Origin: an uncultured Actinomycetes bacterium
Lineage (GTDB): Bacteria > Actinomycetota > Geothermincolia > Geothermincolales > RBG-13-55-18
NCBI GenBank assembly: GCA_937128055.1
Contig: CAKZMC010000198.1
Location: 1-54,408, forward strand
Reading direction: 5' to 3'
Length of the DNA: 54,408 nucleotides
A program made the translations under genes and the position numbers. Under the pieces are notes generated by a model. That model did not search any database. It saw nothing but the letters and a program-made list of their open reading frames with translations, and had not been told where the DNA came from. Positions 7,648 to 14,820 of this stretch are shown piece after piece; within the stretch, counting starts at the first letter, position 1, and every line of letters begins with the position of its first letter.

Positions 7648-9318
7648 CTATAATTTTTCCAGGGCGCCGGTGGTCACGTGGCCTACGTTGTTGGCCAGGT
7701 CTCCCACGCGCTCCAGGTTGCTCAGGGTGTCGAGGAAGATCACCCCCGCCGAGCCGTCGCATTCGCCGCGGTTGAGGCGGTCGAGGTGATTGCGCCGGAA
7801 GCGGCTGGCCATCTCGTCCACCAGGTGCTCGAGGGATTGGTAACGGCGCGCTTCCTCCGGGTTCTCCCCCTCGAAGGCATCGATGATTCCCTGGTACATT
7901 TCGAATACGGTCCCCAATATCTCCTCCATCTCCTGAACCGCCGTGTCGGTGAAGGGCATGCCGTCCTCCGCCTTGTTCATGGCCAGGTACATGATGTTCT
8001 CGGCATGGTCTCCTATGCGTTCGATGTCGTTGACAGCATGCATGTACCCTACCAGGCGCTCGGATTGCTCATCGGTCAGGGGTTCCTGGGAAAGCTTGGA
8101 AAGGTACTCGATGATGGAGTGGGCTAGCCCGTCCACGATTGACTCCATCTCCAAGAGCTGCCTCTTGCCCCCGCGCTCCATCTTCTTCAGGTATCCCACC
8201 GAGGTCTGCAGCATCTCCATGGTTATGCGCCCCATGCGCGTTATCTCCTTGCGCGCCATTTCCAGGGCCAGGGCCGGGTTGTGGAAGATACGGGGATCGA
8301 GGAAAAGGGGATCCCGCTCCACCACGGGTTCCTCGCCCCGCTTTATATTCTTCACCAACCAGATGAACTGGTTGGCGAAGGGGAGCCAGATCAAGGTCAT
8401 GGAGAGGTTGAAGAAGGTGTGGAAACAGGATATCTGGCGGGCGATGTTGTCGGGACCGGCCCCGAAGAGCTCGGATATGCGGAGGGTGACCTTGGGCAGC
8501 AGGGACAGGAAAGGCAGGAAGAGAACGGTGCCCGAGATGTTGAAGAGGTAGTGGGCGAAGGCGACCCGCTTAGCGGGAAAGCTGGCCCCCATGCTGGCTA
8601 TCATGGCGGTGATGCAGGTCCCTATGTTGCAGCCCAGGATGATAGGTATAGCGATGCGCAGGGGGTCGGCTCCGTTGACCGAGAGGACACCGGCCGCCCC
8701 CATTGCGATCACTATTCCCGTGGTGGCGGAGGAGCTCTGCACCAGGCTGGTGATGATGATGCCCAGCAGCAGGCCCAGGAACCAGTTTCCGCCGTATTTG
8801 ACCAGCCAGCCCTCGAAAGTGCCCGATTTGCTGAGGGGCGCCAGCCCCCCCTTCATGAGCTCGATGCCCAGGAAGAGGATGCCGAAGCCCAGGAGCACCT
8901 GGCCCGTGTACTTGACCACCCGCTTGTTGCCGAGCAGGAAAAAAAGCAGGCCCAACCCGATGCAGGGGAAGGAGAGCGTCTTCACGTTGAAGGCCACGAT
9001 CTGGCCGGTGACGGTGGTCCCGATGTTCGCCCCGAAGATCACCGCCACCGATTGGGAGAACTTCATGAGCCCCGCGTTGACCAGACCCACCAGCATGACC
9101 GTGGTGGCCGAGGAGCTCTGGATGAGGGCGGTGACGCCAGTCCCTACCAGTACGCCGCGGATACGGTTACGGGTGAGGCCCTCCAGCATTCGGCGCAGGC
9201 GGTCTCCGGCGGCCAGTTGCAGCCCCTCGCTCATGAGGAACATGCCGTAAAGAAAGAGGCCCAGGCCTCCAAAGAGGACGATTATCCCGAACCAGATGGA
9301 GGTGGCCTCGAGCTTCAT
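7648..9318 (-). CDS. Na+/phosphate cotransporter family protein with C-terminal PhoU-like domains
   Basis: 556-aa ORF. Polytopic N-terminal half with duplicated LIQSSSATT / LVQSSSATT motifs typical of the Na/Pi cotransporter II-related family. Cytoplasmic PhoU-like repeats (ERIGDHAENI, ERVGDLANNV). Confidence 0.9.
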   Translation of the reverse strand: MKLEATSIWFGIIVLFGGLGLFLYGMFLMSEGLQLAAGDRLRRMLEGLTRNRIRGVLVGTGVTALIQSSSATTVMLVGLVNAGLMKFSQSVAVIFGANIGTTVTGQIVAFNVKTLSFPCIGLGLLFFLLGNKRVVKYTGQVLLGFGILFLGIELMKGGLAPLSKSGTFEGWLVKYGGNWFLGLLLGIIITSLVQSSSATTGIVIAMGAAGVLSVNGADPLRIAIPIILGCNIGTCITAMIASMGASFPAKRVAFAHYLFNISGTVLFLPFLSLLPKVTLRISELFGAGPDNIARQISCFHTFFNLSMTLIWLPFANQFIWLVKNIKRGEEPVVERDPLFLDPRIFHNPALALEMARKEITRMGRITMEMLQTSVGYLKKMERGGKRQLLEMESIVDGLAHSIIEYLSKLSQEPLTDEQSERLVGYMHAVNDIERIGDHAENIMYLAMNKAEDGMPFTDTAVQEMEEILGTVFEMYQGIIDAFEGENPEEARRYQSLEHLVDEMASRFRRNHLDRLNRGECDGSAGVIFLDTLSNLERVGDLANNVGHVTTGALEKL

Positions 9319-9381
9319 CCTTCAATTATTCTCCGTGATAAGGGATTCTCCATCGCCGCTTTTTCCTCACCCAAGGCGGAA

Positions 9382-9410
9382 TTATATAGTCAACGTACCG
9401 ATCCCACAAG
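9382..9410 (-). promoter_or_regulatory. Candidate promoter for the Na/Pi transporter gene
   Basis: On the minus strand, TATAAT (9387..9382) lies about 60 nt upstream of the ATG. The -35 is only weak (TTGTGG with a short spacer). Confidence 0.25.
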
Positions 9411-9697
9411 GGGCGGGGAAGGGGCCGATCCCTGAGGGAAACCCTGTCACTCTGGACAGCGTGGCTTGACGGATGGCGCATCACGGCGAGTCCCTGCGCA
9501 CGTGTCTTTCCGGCGTACCGTGCGGATTCCTTTGGCGGGTCGTCGGCGAGCGACAGGGGAACGGCGTGAAGGGTGGGGAGCGCATACGCGCGCACGCCTG
9601 GCCGCGCGGGATTCGCTCCAGATGCGTGGGGGCAGCGCAAAGCGCAGGTGGATTCAGGAAAGGAGCAGAGCAGGCACGAGTCGTTGAGCGCGCATCA

Positions 9698-9717
9698 GGG
9701 TTATGATATCATAACCC
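9698..9717. promoter_or_regulatory. Perfect 20-bp palindrome immediately upstream of the tRNA pair
   Basis: GGGTTATGAT|ATCATAACCC, 12 nt before tRNA-Gln. Contains a TATGAT -10-like hexamer. Confidence 0.5.
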
Positions 9718-9729
9718 CTGAAACGCCGT

Positions 9730-9803
9730 TGGGGGATCGTCTAACGGTAGGACGCGAGACTCTGGATCTCGTTGTGAGGGTTCGAATCCTTCTCCCCCAG
9801 CCA
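9730..9803 (+). tRNA. tRNA-Gln (anticodon CTG), CCA encoded
   Basis: Cloverleaf by hand: acceptor TGGGGGA/TCCCCCA, anticodon stem CGAGA/TCTCG with loop CTCTGGA, T-arm GAGGG-TTCGAAT-CCTTC, discriminator G, then CCA. Closely resembles E. coli tRNA-Gln. Confidence 0.93.
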
Positions 9804-9823
9804 GAACCGAATATCGAATGCGT

Positions 9824-9901
9824 GGCGCATTAGTCTAGTTGGCCTAGGACGCCGCCCTCTCAAGGCGGAGATCGCGGGTTCGAATCCCGCATGCGCTACC
9901 A
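9824..9901 (+). tRNA. tRNA-Glu (anticodon CTC), CCA encoded
   Basis: Acceptor GGCGCAT/ATGCGCT (G1-U72 wobble). D-arm GTCT-AGTTGGCCT-AGGAC as in bacterial tRNA-Glu. Anticodon stem CCGCC/GGCGG with loop CTCTCAA. T-arm GCGGG-TTCGAAT-CCCGC, then A-CCA. Confidence 0.9.
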
Positions 9902-9908
9902 GTATCAA

Positions 9909-9929
9909 GGCCCCTCGCGGGGCCTTTTT
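9909..9929 (+). terminator. Intrinsic terminator after the tRNA pair
   Basis: GGCCCC-TCGC-GGGGCC hairpin followed by TTTTT. Confidence 0.85.
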
Positions 9930-9991
9930 GCATGCCGCGGGCTATTCGTACCGTGAACCCCGCTGGTTTCGCCTGTTTGGGAGGCCATCTT

Positions 9992-10429
9992 TCAGGACTC
10001 AAGAGCCGCCTTTACCTGTTCCAGGATGTCCTGATGGCTTTTGGCGGTCGCTCGGCCCATTACCGGTTCGAGCAAGCGCCCGATATGCCTACCCCTGGTG
10101 CGGCTTTTCCAGCGGGCATCCGTACCGTTTCCGCTGGAAACGAATTCCATGCGGCCAAATTCATGCCTCAGCGGCAGCGCGCACTTTTAAATCTTGTATT
10201 CAAATGAGTTGGGTGGATCGTACTTCACTATCTCCTCGACGAAGGTAATGCCTGAAAGGCGGATGCTTTTGACCGCGCCCACCCCGTAACGAGCATCGCT
10301 TCCCTCCTTGAGAAGTTTTGCTTTGCGCGTGCCCCTTAACCATGAAGGGCATTTCTCGGTGTCGGTCATAAGGTGAAATACACGATCGATGGGGGCTCGG
10401 ATATGGATGCTGGCGTCAACTGTCTTCAT
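9992..10429 (-). pseudogene. SRPBCC (START/polyketide-cyclase-like) family gene interrupted by one in-frame TAA
   Basis: The 80-aa ORF (10187..10429) ends ...PPNSFEYKI-TAA. The same frame continues KCALPLRHEFGRMEFVSSGNGTDARWKS...QVKAALES to a TGA at 9992-9994. Combined length of about 146 codons and the motif order fit a full SRPBCC domain. Confidence 0.7.
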
Positions 10430-10464
10430 GTCAGCTCATCCCTCCTGTAAGGCCCTCCGCACTT

Positions 10465-11946
10465 TCAGCGGCCGCCGAATATGCCGCCCAGCACACCGCG
10501 CACGATCTGCCTGCCCAGCTGGGAGCCGATGCTGCGGGCGGCGCTCTTGGCCATGGCCTCGAACACGGAATCCTTGCAGCCGGGTTTCTTACCCGCCTTC
10601 GGACGGGCGGCCGTTTCCTCGGGAGGAGCCTCTTCCGCTTTCTTCTCCGCGGCCGCCGCAGCCGCGGCCACGCGCGCACGCAGCACCTCGTAGGCGGACT
10701 CGTCGTCGATGGCGTTCTCGTATTTCCCGGTAAGCGGGCTCTGGCTCCTCGCGGTGGCGAGGGCGTTCTCATCGGCCGGCCCGAAAAGGGTGGCGGGCGG
10801 CAGCACGAAGAAGCGGTCCACCACGGAAGGCGCGCCCTTCTCGTCGAGGAAGCTCATGAGAGCCTCTCCCACCTCGAGTTCCTGCACGGCGCGGGCGACG
10901 TCGAGCTCCGGGTTGGTGCGGTAAGTCTCAGCCGCCTGCTTGATGGCCTTATGCTCCTTGGGCGTATAGGCCCGCAAGGCATGCTGTATGCGGTTGCCCA
11001 GCTGGCCGAGCACGTCGTCGGGGATGTCCACGGGATTCTGGGTGATGAAGTAGACCCCAACTCCCTTGCTGCGGATGAGCCTCACCACCTGGAGGATCTT
11101 GTCCTTCAGGATGGCCGGGGTGTCGTCGAAGAGGAGGTGGGCCTCGTCGAAGAAGAAGACGAACTTGGGCCTCTCCGGATCTCCCACTTCCGGAAGCCGC
11201 TCGAAGAGCTCGCTGAGCAGCCAGAGCAGGAAGGTCGAGTAGAGTTTCGGAGACTGGATGAGCTTGTCCGCCGCCAGCAGGTTGACGTAGCCTTTCCCGT
11301 CGGCGTTGGTCCTCATGAGGTCGTTCAGGTCGAGGGCGGGCTCCCCGAAGAATCTATCCACCCCCTGCTGCTCGAGGGCGATGATCTTGCGCGATATGGT
11401 CCCGACGGTCGTCTTGGCGATGTTGCCGTATTCCGCCTTGTAGTCCGCAGCGTGCTCCTCCACGTATCCCAGGACCGCCTTGAGGTCCGCCAGGTTGTCG
11501 ATAAGCAGCCCCTCGTCGTCCGCCAGCTTGAAGATGACCGCCAGGACCGACTCCTGCGTCTCGTTGAGCTCCAGGACACGTGCCAGCAGCAGGGGCCCCA
11601 TCTCCGAGACGGTCGTGCGCACAGGGTGGCCCTTCTCGCCGTAGAGGTCCCAGAAAATGGTAGGAAGGCCGGCGAACTGCGGCGGGTCTATCTTGAGCCC
11701 CTCGACCTTTTTCTGGATGATCTCGTTCATGGTCCCCGGCTGCGAGATGCCGGTCACGTCACCCTTGATGTCGGCGAGGAACACGGGCACGCCTATGCCG
11801 CTGAAGCGCTCGGCCAGGAGCTTCAGCGTCGTCGTCTTGCCAGTCCCGGTCGCGCCGGCGATGAGGCCGTGGCGGTTGGCGAGCTTGGAGAGCAAATGGG
11901 CTTCCGCGCCCGCCGCGCTCTTGCCGATGAGGAGTTTATCGGACAT
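10465..11946 (-). CDS. DUF853 / HerA-like P-loop NTPase (YjgR family)
   Basis: Walker A GATGTGKTTT, Walker B-like FVFFFDEAHLLF. Start trimmed to MSDKLLIGKS (ATG 11946..11944) behind an AAGGAGGG RBS. The upstream part of the 536-aa ORF is Pro/Arg-rich junk. Confidence 0.85.
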   Translation of the reverse strand: MSDKLLIGKSAAGAEAHLLSKLANRHGLIAGATGTGKTTTLKLLAERFSGIGVPVFLADIKGDVTGISQPGTMNEIIQKKVEGLKIDPPQFAGLPTIFWDLYGEKGHPVRTTVSEMGPLLLARVLELNETQESVLAVIFKLADDEGLLIDNLADLKAVLGYVEEHAADYKAEYGNIAKTTVGTISRKIIALEQQGVDRFFGEPALDLNDLMRTNADGKGYVNLLAADKLIQSPKLYSTFLLWLLSELFERLPEVGDPERPKFVFFFDEAHLLFDDTPAILKDKILQVVRLIRSKGVGVYFITQNPVDIPDDVLGQLGNRIQHALRAYTPKEHKAIKQAAETYRTNPELDVARAVQELEVGEALMSFLDEKGAPSVVDRFFVLPPATLFGPADENALATARSQSPLTGKYENAIDDESAYEVLRARVAAAAAAAEKKAEEAPPEETAARPKAGKKPGCKDSVFEAMAKSAARSIGSQLGRQIVRGVLGGIFGGR

Positions 11947-12115
11947 GGCACCCTCCTTGATCCATGGCCTAAATTCTACCACCTGGCCGCCGCGGGGGCA
12001 TGCAGCCGCGTTTTCGGCAGAACGGCCCGCCGGAACGTTCCGGCTGGGCGGACAAGGCACCGGCGGGCCGGGCAACCGGCAGGCTCAAGGAAGCGTAGCC
12101 CCCTCGACAGGGCAA

Positions 12116-13102
12116 TCACGCGGGGGGCGTCTCGCGGCGACCTTGACCGCTCACCTGCCGGGCGCGCCGCCGGCGTTCACGGCTGAGGAGGTAATAGGCC
12201 TTTCCGGCGGCCTCTATGAGGCGGAACTGGTTCATGGCCAGGGGCACCTTCAGGGCCCACCTTCCGCGGCGGTCCGGCACCGCTCCCGTCTTGCGGGCGG
12301 GGTCCAGCAGGACCTCCTCCACGATCACCCCCTCACCGTCGCCGAGCTGGGCCTTGACGGTGCCGCCACCGTCCACGATGCAGGTGAAGCCGGGAAAGCT
12401 TGATTTCTGGGTGAGGAAGGGGAGCCCGGGGACGGGAGAGGTCCAGGGGCCGCACTTGTTGACGAAGACCACGGGTATGCCCAGAGTGCGCGCGTAGTGG
12501 GGGGCGAGGTTACTCAGGTTCTCGTTGTAGGCCCTGACCGCCCGGCGATGGAAGAGGGGATTGGGCATGGGCGAGGGGGCGGAATGTGGCATGAGCAGGA
12601 TGTCCGCCGACTGCGAGCAGATGAGGCGCGGGGTATACGAGAGGAGGTTCTCGTAACAGATGCCCACCCCGACCCTTCCCATGTCCGTCTCTATCACGTG
12701 AGGCCCCGCCTTTCCCCGCGTGAAGTAGGCCTCGGCGAAGGCGGGGGTCTGCTTGCGCACCCTGCCCGCCTCGCCGCCCCGGGGGTCGGTGAGGACGAAG
12801 CTGTTGTAGAAATCCTCGCCCTCGGCCTCCAGGTAGCTGGTGCCCAGCCAGATGCCCAGGCGGCGCGAGGTCTCCCGCAACCAGCGCATGGTGGCGCCCT
12901 CCCTGGGCTCCGCCGCATCCCATATCTCCTTGCTGTAGATGTAGCCGGTGGGCATGAACTCCGGGAGCACCACCAGCCGGGCCCCCCTGGCCGCGGCCTC
13001 CTCCACCAGGGCGGTGGCGCGGGCCAGGTTCTTCTCCACCGCCCCGTTCTCCGAGGCCATCTGTATGGCCGCCACCGCAAGGGCCCTTGCTTCCTCCTCC
13101 AT
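12116..13102 (-). CDS. Carbon-nitrogen hydrolase (nitrilase superfamily) protein
   Basis: Glu-Lys-Cys triad context: VVLPEF, VRKQ, VGICYEN. Start trimmed to MEEEARALAVAAIQMA (ATG 13102..13100) behind an AGGAGGTG RBS. Confidence 0.85.
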   Translation of the reverse strand: MEEEARALAVAAIQMASENGAVEKNLARATALVEEAAARGARLVVLPEFMPTGYIYSKEIWDAAEPREGATMRWLRETSRRLGIWLGTSYLEAEGEDFYNSFVLTDPRGGEAGRVRKQTPAFAEAYFTRGKAGPHVIETDMGRVGVGICYENLLSYTPRLICSQSADILLMPHSAPSPMPNPLFHRRAVRAYNENLSNLAPHYARTLGIPVVFVNKCGPWTSPVPGLPFLTQKSSFPGFTCIVDGGGTVKAQLGDGEGVIVEEVLLDPARKTGAVPDRRGRWALKVPLAMNQFRLIEAAGKAYYLLSRERRRRARQVSGQGRRETPPA

Positions 13103-13256
13103 GATGCCCACCTCCTGATGTCCCGAGCGTCCTACTCCTGTCTTTGCGTTGCGCGCGCCTTGCGGTCCGTCGGTGAGCCGCGGAGGCGCCCATTCTTTGC
13201 GATGCCTTGCGCGCCGCAGGGGCCTGCCCGGCGGCGGGGTCGCCACAATCGATCAT

Positions 13257-13370
13257 GATGCCGCCGTCCAGCACCAGGGTCTGCCCCGTCATTTAGGTGG
13301 CGTCCTCCGCCAGGAAGGCCACCACCCTGGCCGCCTTCTCGATGCCCAGGTCCGTGGATTCGATCACATT
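13257..13370 (-). pseudogene. Relic of the C-terminus of a short-chain dehydrogenase/reductase (SDR)
   Basis: The minus-strand frame reads TAG-NVIESTDLGIEKAARVVAFLAEDAT-TAA-MTGQTLVLDGG. This is the SDR C-terminal signature (FLASD...(Y)ITGQ.L.VDGG) with an internal TAA. There is no N-terminal Rossmann part and no stop codon of its own. Confidence 0.55.
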
Positions 13371-13594
13371 CTACCGCCACTGCATGCAGGCCGTTCTCCG
13401 TCCTTTAGAAAAGAAATGCTCAGGGGAGCTTGCCACGTCCGGGACACCCCGCGAGCACTCAGCGCATATGCCTCGGCCGCGCGCTTTGCGGGCATGGCGC
13501 GGCAACGCTCCCGGTGCAGGCGGTTTTGGTGAACCGGGGCACCTGGTCGCCGAGCGTTCCTTGCTACTTAGAGGATAACCAGGGAGGCTCGCTT

Positions 13595-14353
13595 TCAAAC
13601 CGGGCGAGCGGGGAGGCGGGCGAGGACGGTAAGGGAGCTCCCCAGGGGCAATCCGGGGCCCGCCGCCACGCGCGCCTCCAGGGCGAGAAGGCCGGCCAGT
13701 GAGCGGTTCAGGGGCCGCGGGGGAAGCCGGAGGTCGGAGACGGCGTCCTCCTCCGTCGCTTTCCTGCTGGCGATGCGGAACGCGGCGATGGGGGGGAGGA
13801 GGGCGAAGACGAAGTAGGTGACCTTCACGGGCTCCAGCGCGGCGTGTTGGAGCATTTCCAGTATTTGGGAGCGGCGGTATCGGCGCGCGCCCCCCACCGC
13901 CAGGTCATGGCCGCCGCGCAGGAACTCCAGGGCGGGGAGGTTGAGGAGGAGGCATCCCCCAGGGGCCAGGACGCGCGCCATCTCCCGCAGGGCCGCCAGG
14001 TCATCCCGTACCTCGCGGTGGTAGATGACGTTGAGGGAGAGCACCAGGTCGAAGGAGGCGTCGGGGAAGGGAAGTTCTTCCACCGGGCCGTGGTGGAGCT
14101 CGCGGAGGCCGCGCTCCCGGCAGCGTCGCAGCGCCTCCTCGCTCACGTCCAGGGCGGCCAGGCGCCGGGGGTGGTAGCTGTCCCGCAGCCACTGCGTGAA
14201 GCCGCCGGTGCCACAGCCGGCGTCCAGCACGTCCCCCCGCGCCTGCGCCGGGCAGTGGCGGTCCAGGAGCAGGCGGTAAAGGCGGCGGTGCCCCAGGTAC
14301 CACCAGTGAACGTCCTCCATGCTGTGGAGGGTATCGTACTCGTTCGCCTTCAT
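13595..14353 (-). CDS. Class I SAM-dependent methyltransferase
   Basis: SAM motif I VLDAGCGTGG. Start trimmed to MKANEYDTLHSMEDVHWWY (ATG 14353..14351). The upstream part of the ORF lies in intergenic repeat DNA. Confidence 0.85.
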   Translation of the reverse strand: MKANEYDTLHSMEDVHWWYLGHRRLYRLLLDRHCPAQARGDVLDAGCGTGGFTQWLRDSYHPRRLAALDVSEEALRRCRERGLRELHHGPVEELPFPDASFDLVLSLNVIYHREVRDDLAALREMARVLAPGGCLLLNLPALEFLRGGHDLAVGGARRYRRSQILEMLQHAALEPVKVTYFVFALLPPIAAFRIASRKATEEDAVSDLRLPPRPLNRSLAGLLALEARVAAGPGLPLGSSLTVLARLPARPV

Positions 14354-14456
14354 CTGGAAACCTTCCGCGGCGCCGTTCGTTGCGGCTTTCGCACGGTTTT
14401 CCACGCCCCATGGTACGGGCAAGCGCGCGCCATTGGCAACATCTCGGCGTCGGCCC

Positions 14457-14660
14457 CATTCGTTGCCTTTTATAGGACCAAGGGAGGGGCTCCGCCCCTC
14501 CCCAGACATACTTTGGGGTCAAACCGCGTTCATGTCTGTGAGGGGTTGTCTGGGGAGGGAGAGCGTCTCGGCCCTCTGGACGGGCCTCCGCCGCACCCAT
14601 CCCCCGCGAGGGAGGAACCCTTCTTTCTTCCGGGCCGGGACGCCGTGCAGCGGTCTCGCT
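14457..14660 (+). repeat. Structured intergenic repeat, copy 1 (double hairpin plus tail)
   Basis: About 110 nt nearly identical to 54297-54408. Hairpin 1: CCCCTCCCCAGACAT...ATGTCTGTGAGGGG. Hairpin 2: GGGGAGGGAGAGCG...CGCACCCATCCCC. The tail (...CTTCTTCCGG...CGGTCTCGCT) is shared with 20040-20093. Confidence 0.9.
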
Positions 14661-14820
14661 CCGCAGGCTACGCTGCGACCGACCCGGCCGGTCACAGCCG
14701 GATGGGTGAGGTTGCGCGGGCTATGAGGAAATGATGTCAGGAAAACATGATGTCGTGGGGTCACAAGGCCGTTGGGATATCAGGAAAGGGCAGATTACGG
14801 GAACCCATGCTACGTTGAGT

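Noticed and set aside
9326-9706. ORFs in the 400-nt region between the Na/Pi transporter gene and the tRNAs (9326..9640(-), 9466..9687(+), 9473..9706(+)).
   Set aside because: They overlap one another in several frames, have Arg/Gly-rich composition, and lack an RBS or recognisable motifs. The region is treated as non-coding (promoter region of the transporter and tRNA genes).
9730-10465. tRNA pair as an integration site for a genomic island or prophage.
   Set aside because: There is no integrase, no direct repeat of a tRNA 3' end and no phage or mobile genes nearby. Downstream there is only a decayed SRPBCC gene followed by ordinary metabolic genes.
10187-13295. Two in-frame TAA codons (10187-10189, 13293-13295) as evidence for stop-codon reassignment.
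   Set aside because: The second case is a clearly truncated gene relic that also carries a TAG. Other genes in the window appear to end at ordinary stop codons (for example the TAA closing the phosphoesterase ORF at 24561-24563). Decay or sequencing error is far more likely than recoding.
10465-14509. N-terminal extensions of ORFs 10465..12075, 12116..13246 and 13595..14509. The same applies to 27898.., 40103.., 44528.., 48802.. and 52350...
   Set aside because: The extensions lack homology-like sequence and lie upstream of internal start codons with good Shine-Dalgarno sites. Those internal starts coincide with where the family-conserved N-termini begin, so starts were moved downstream.
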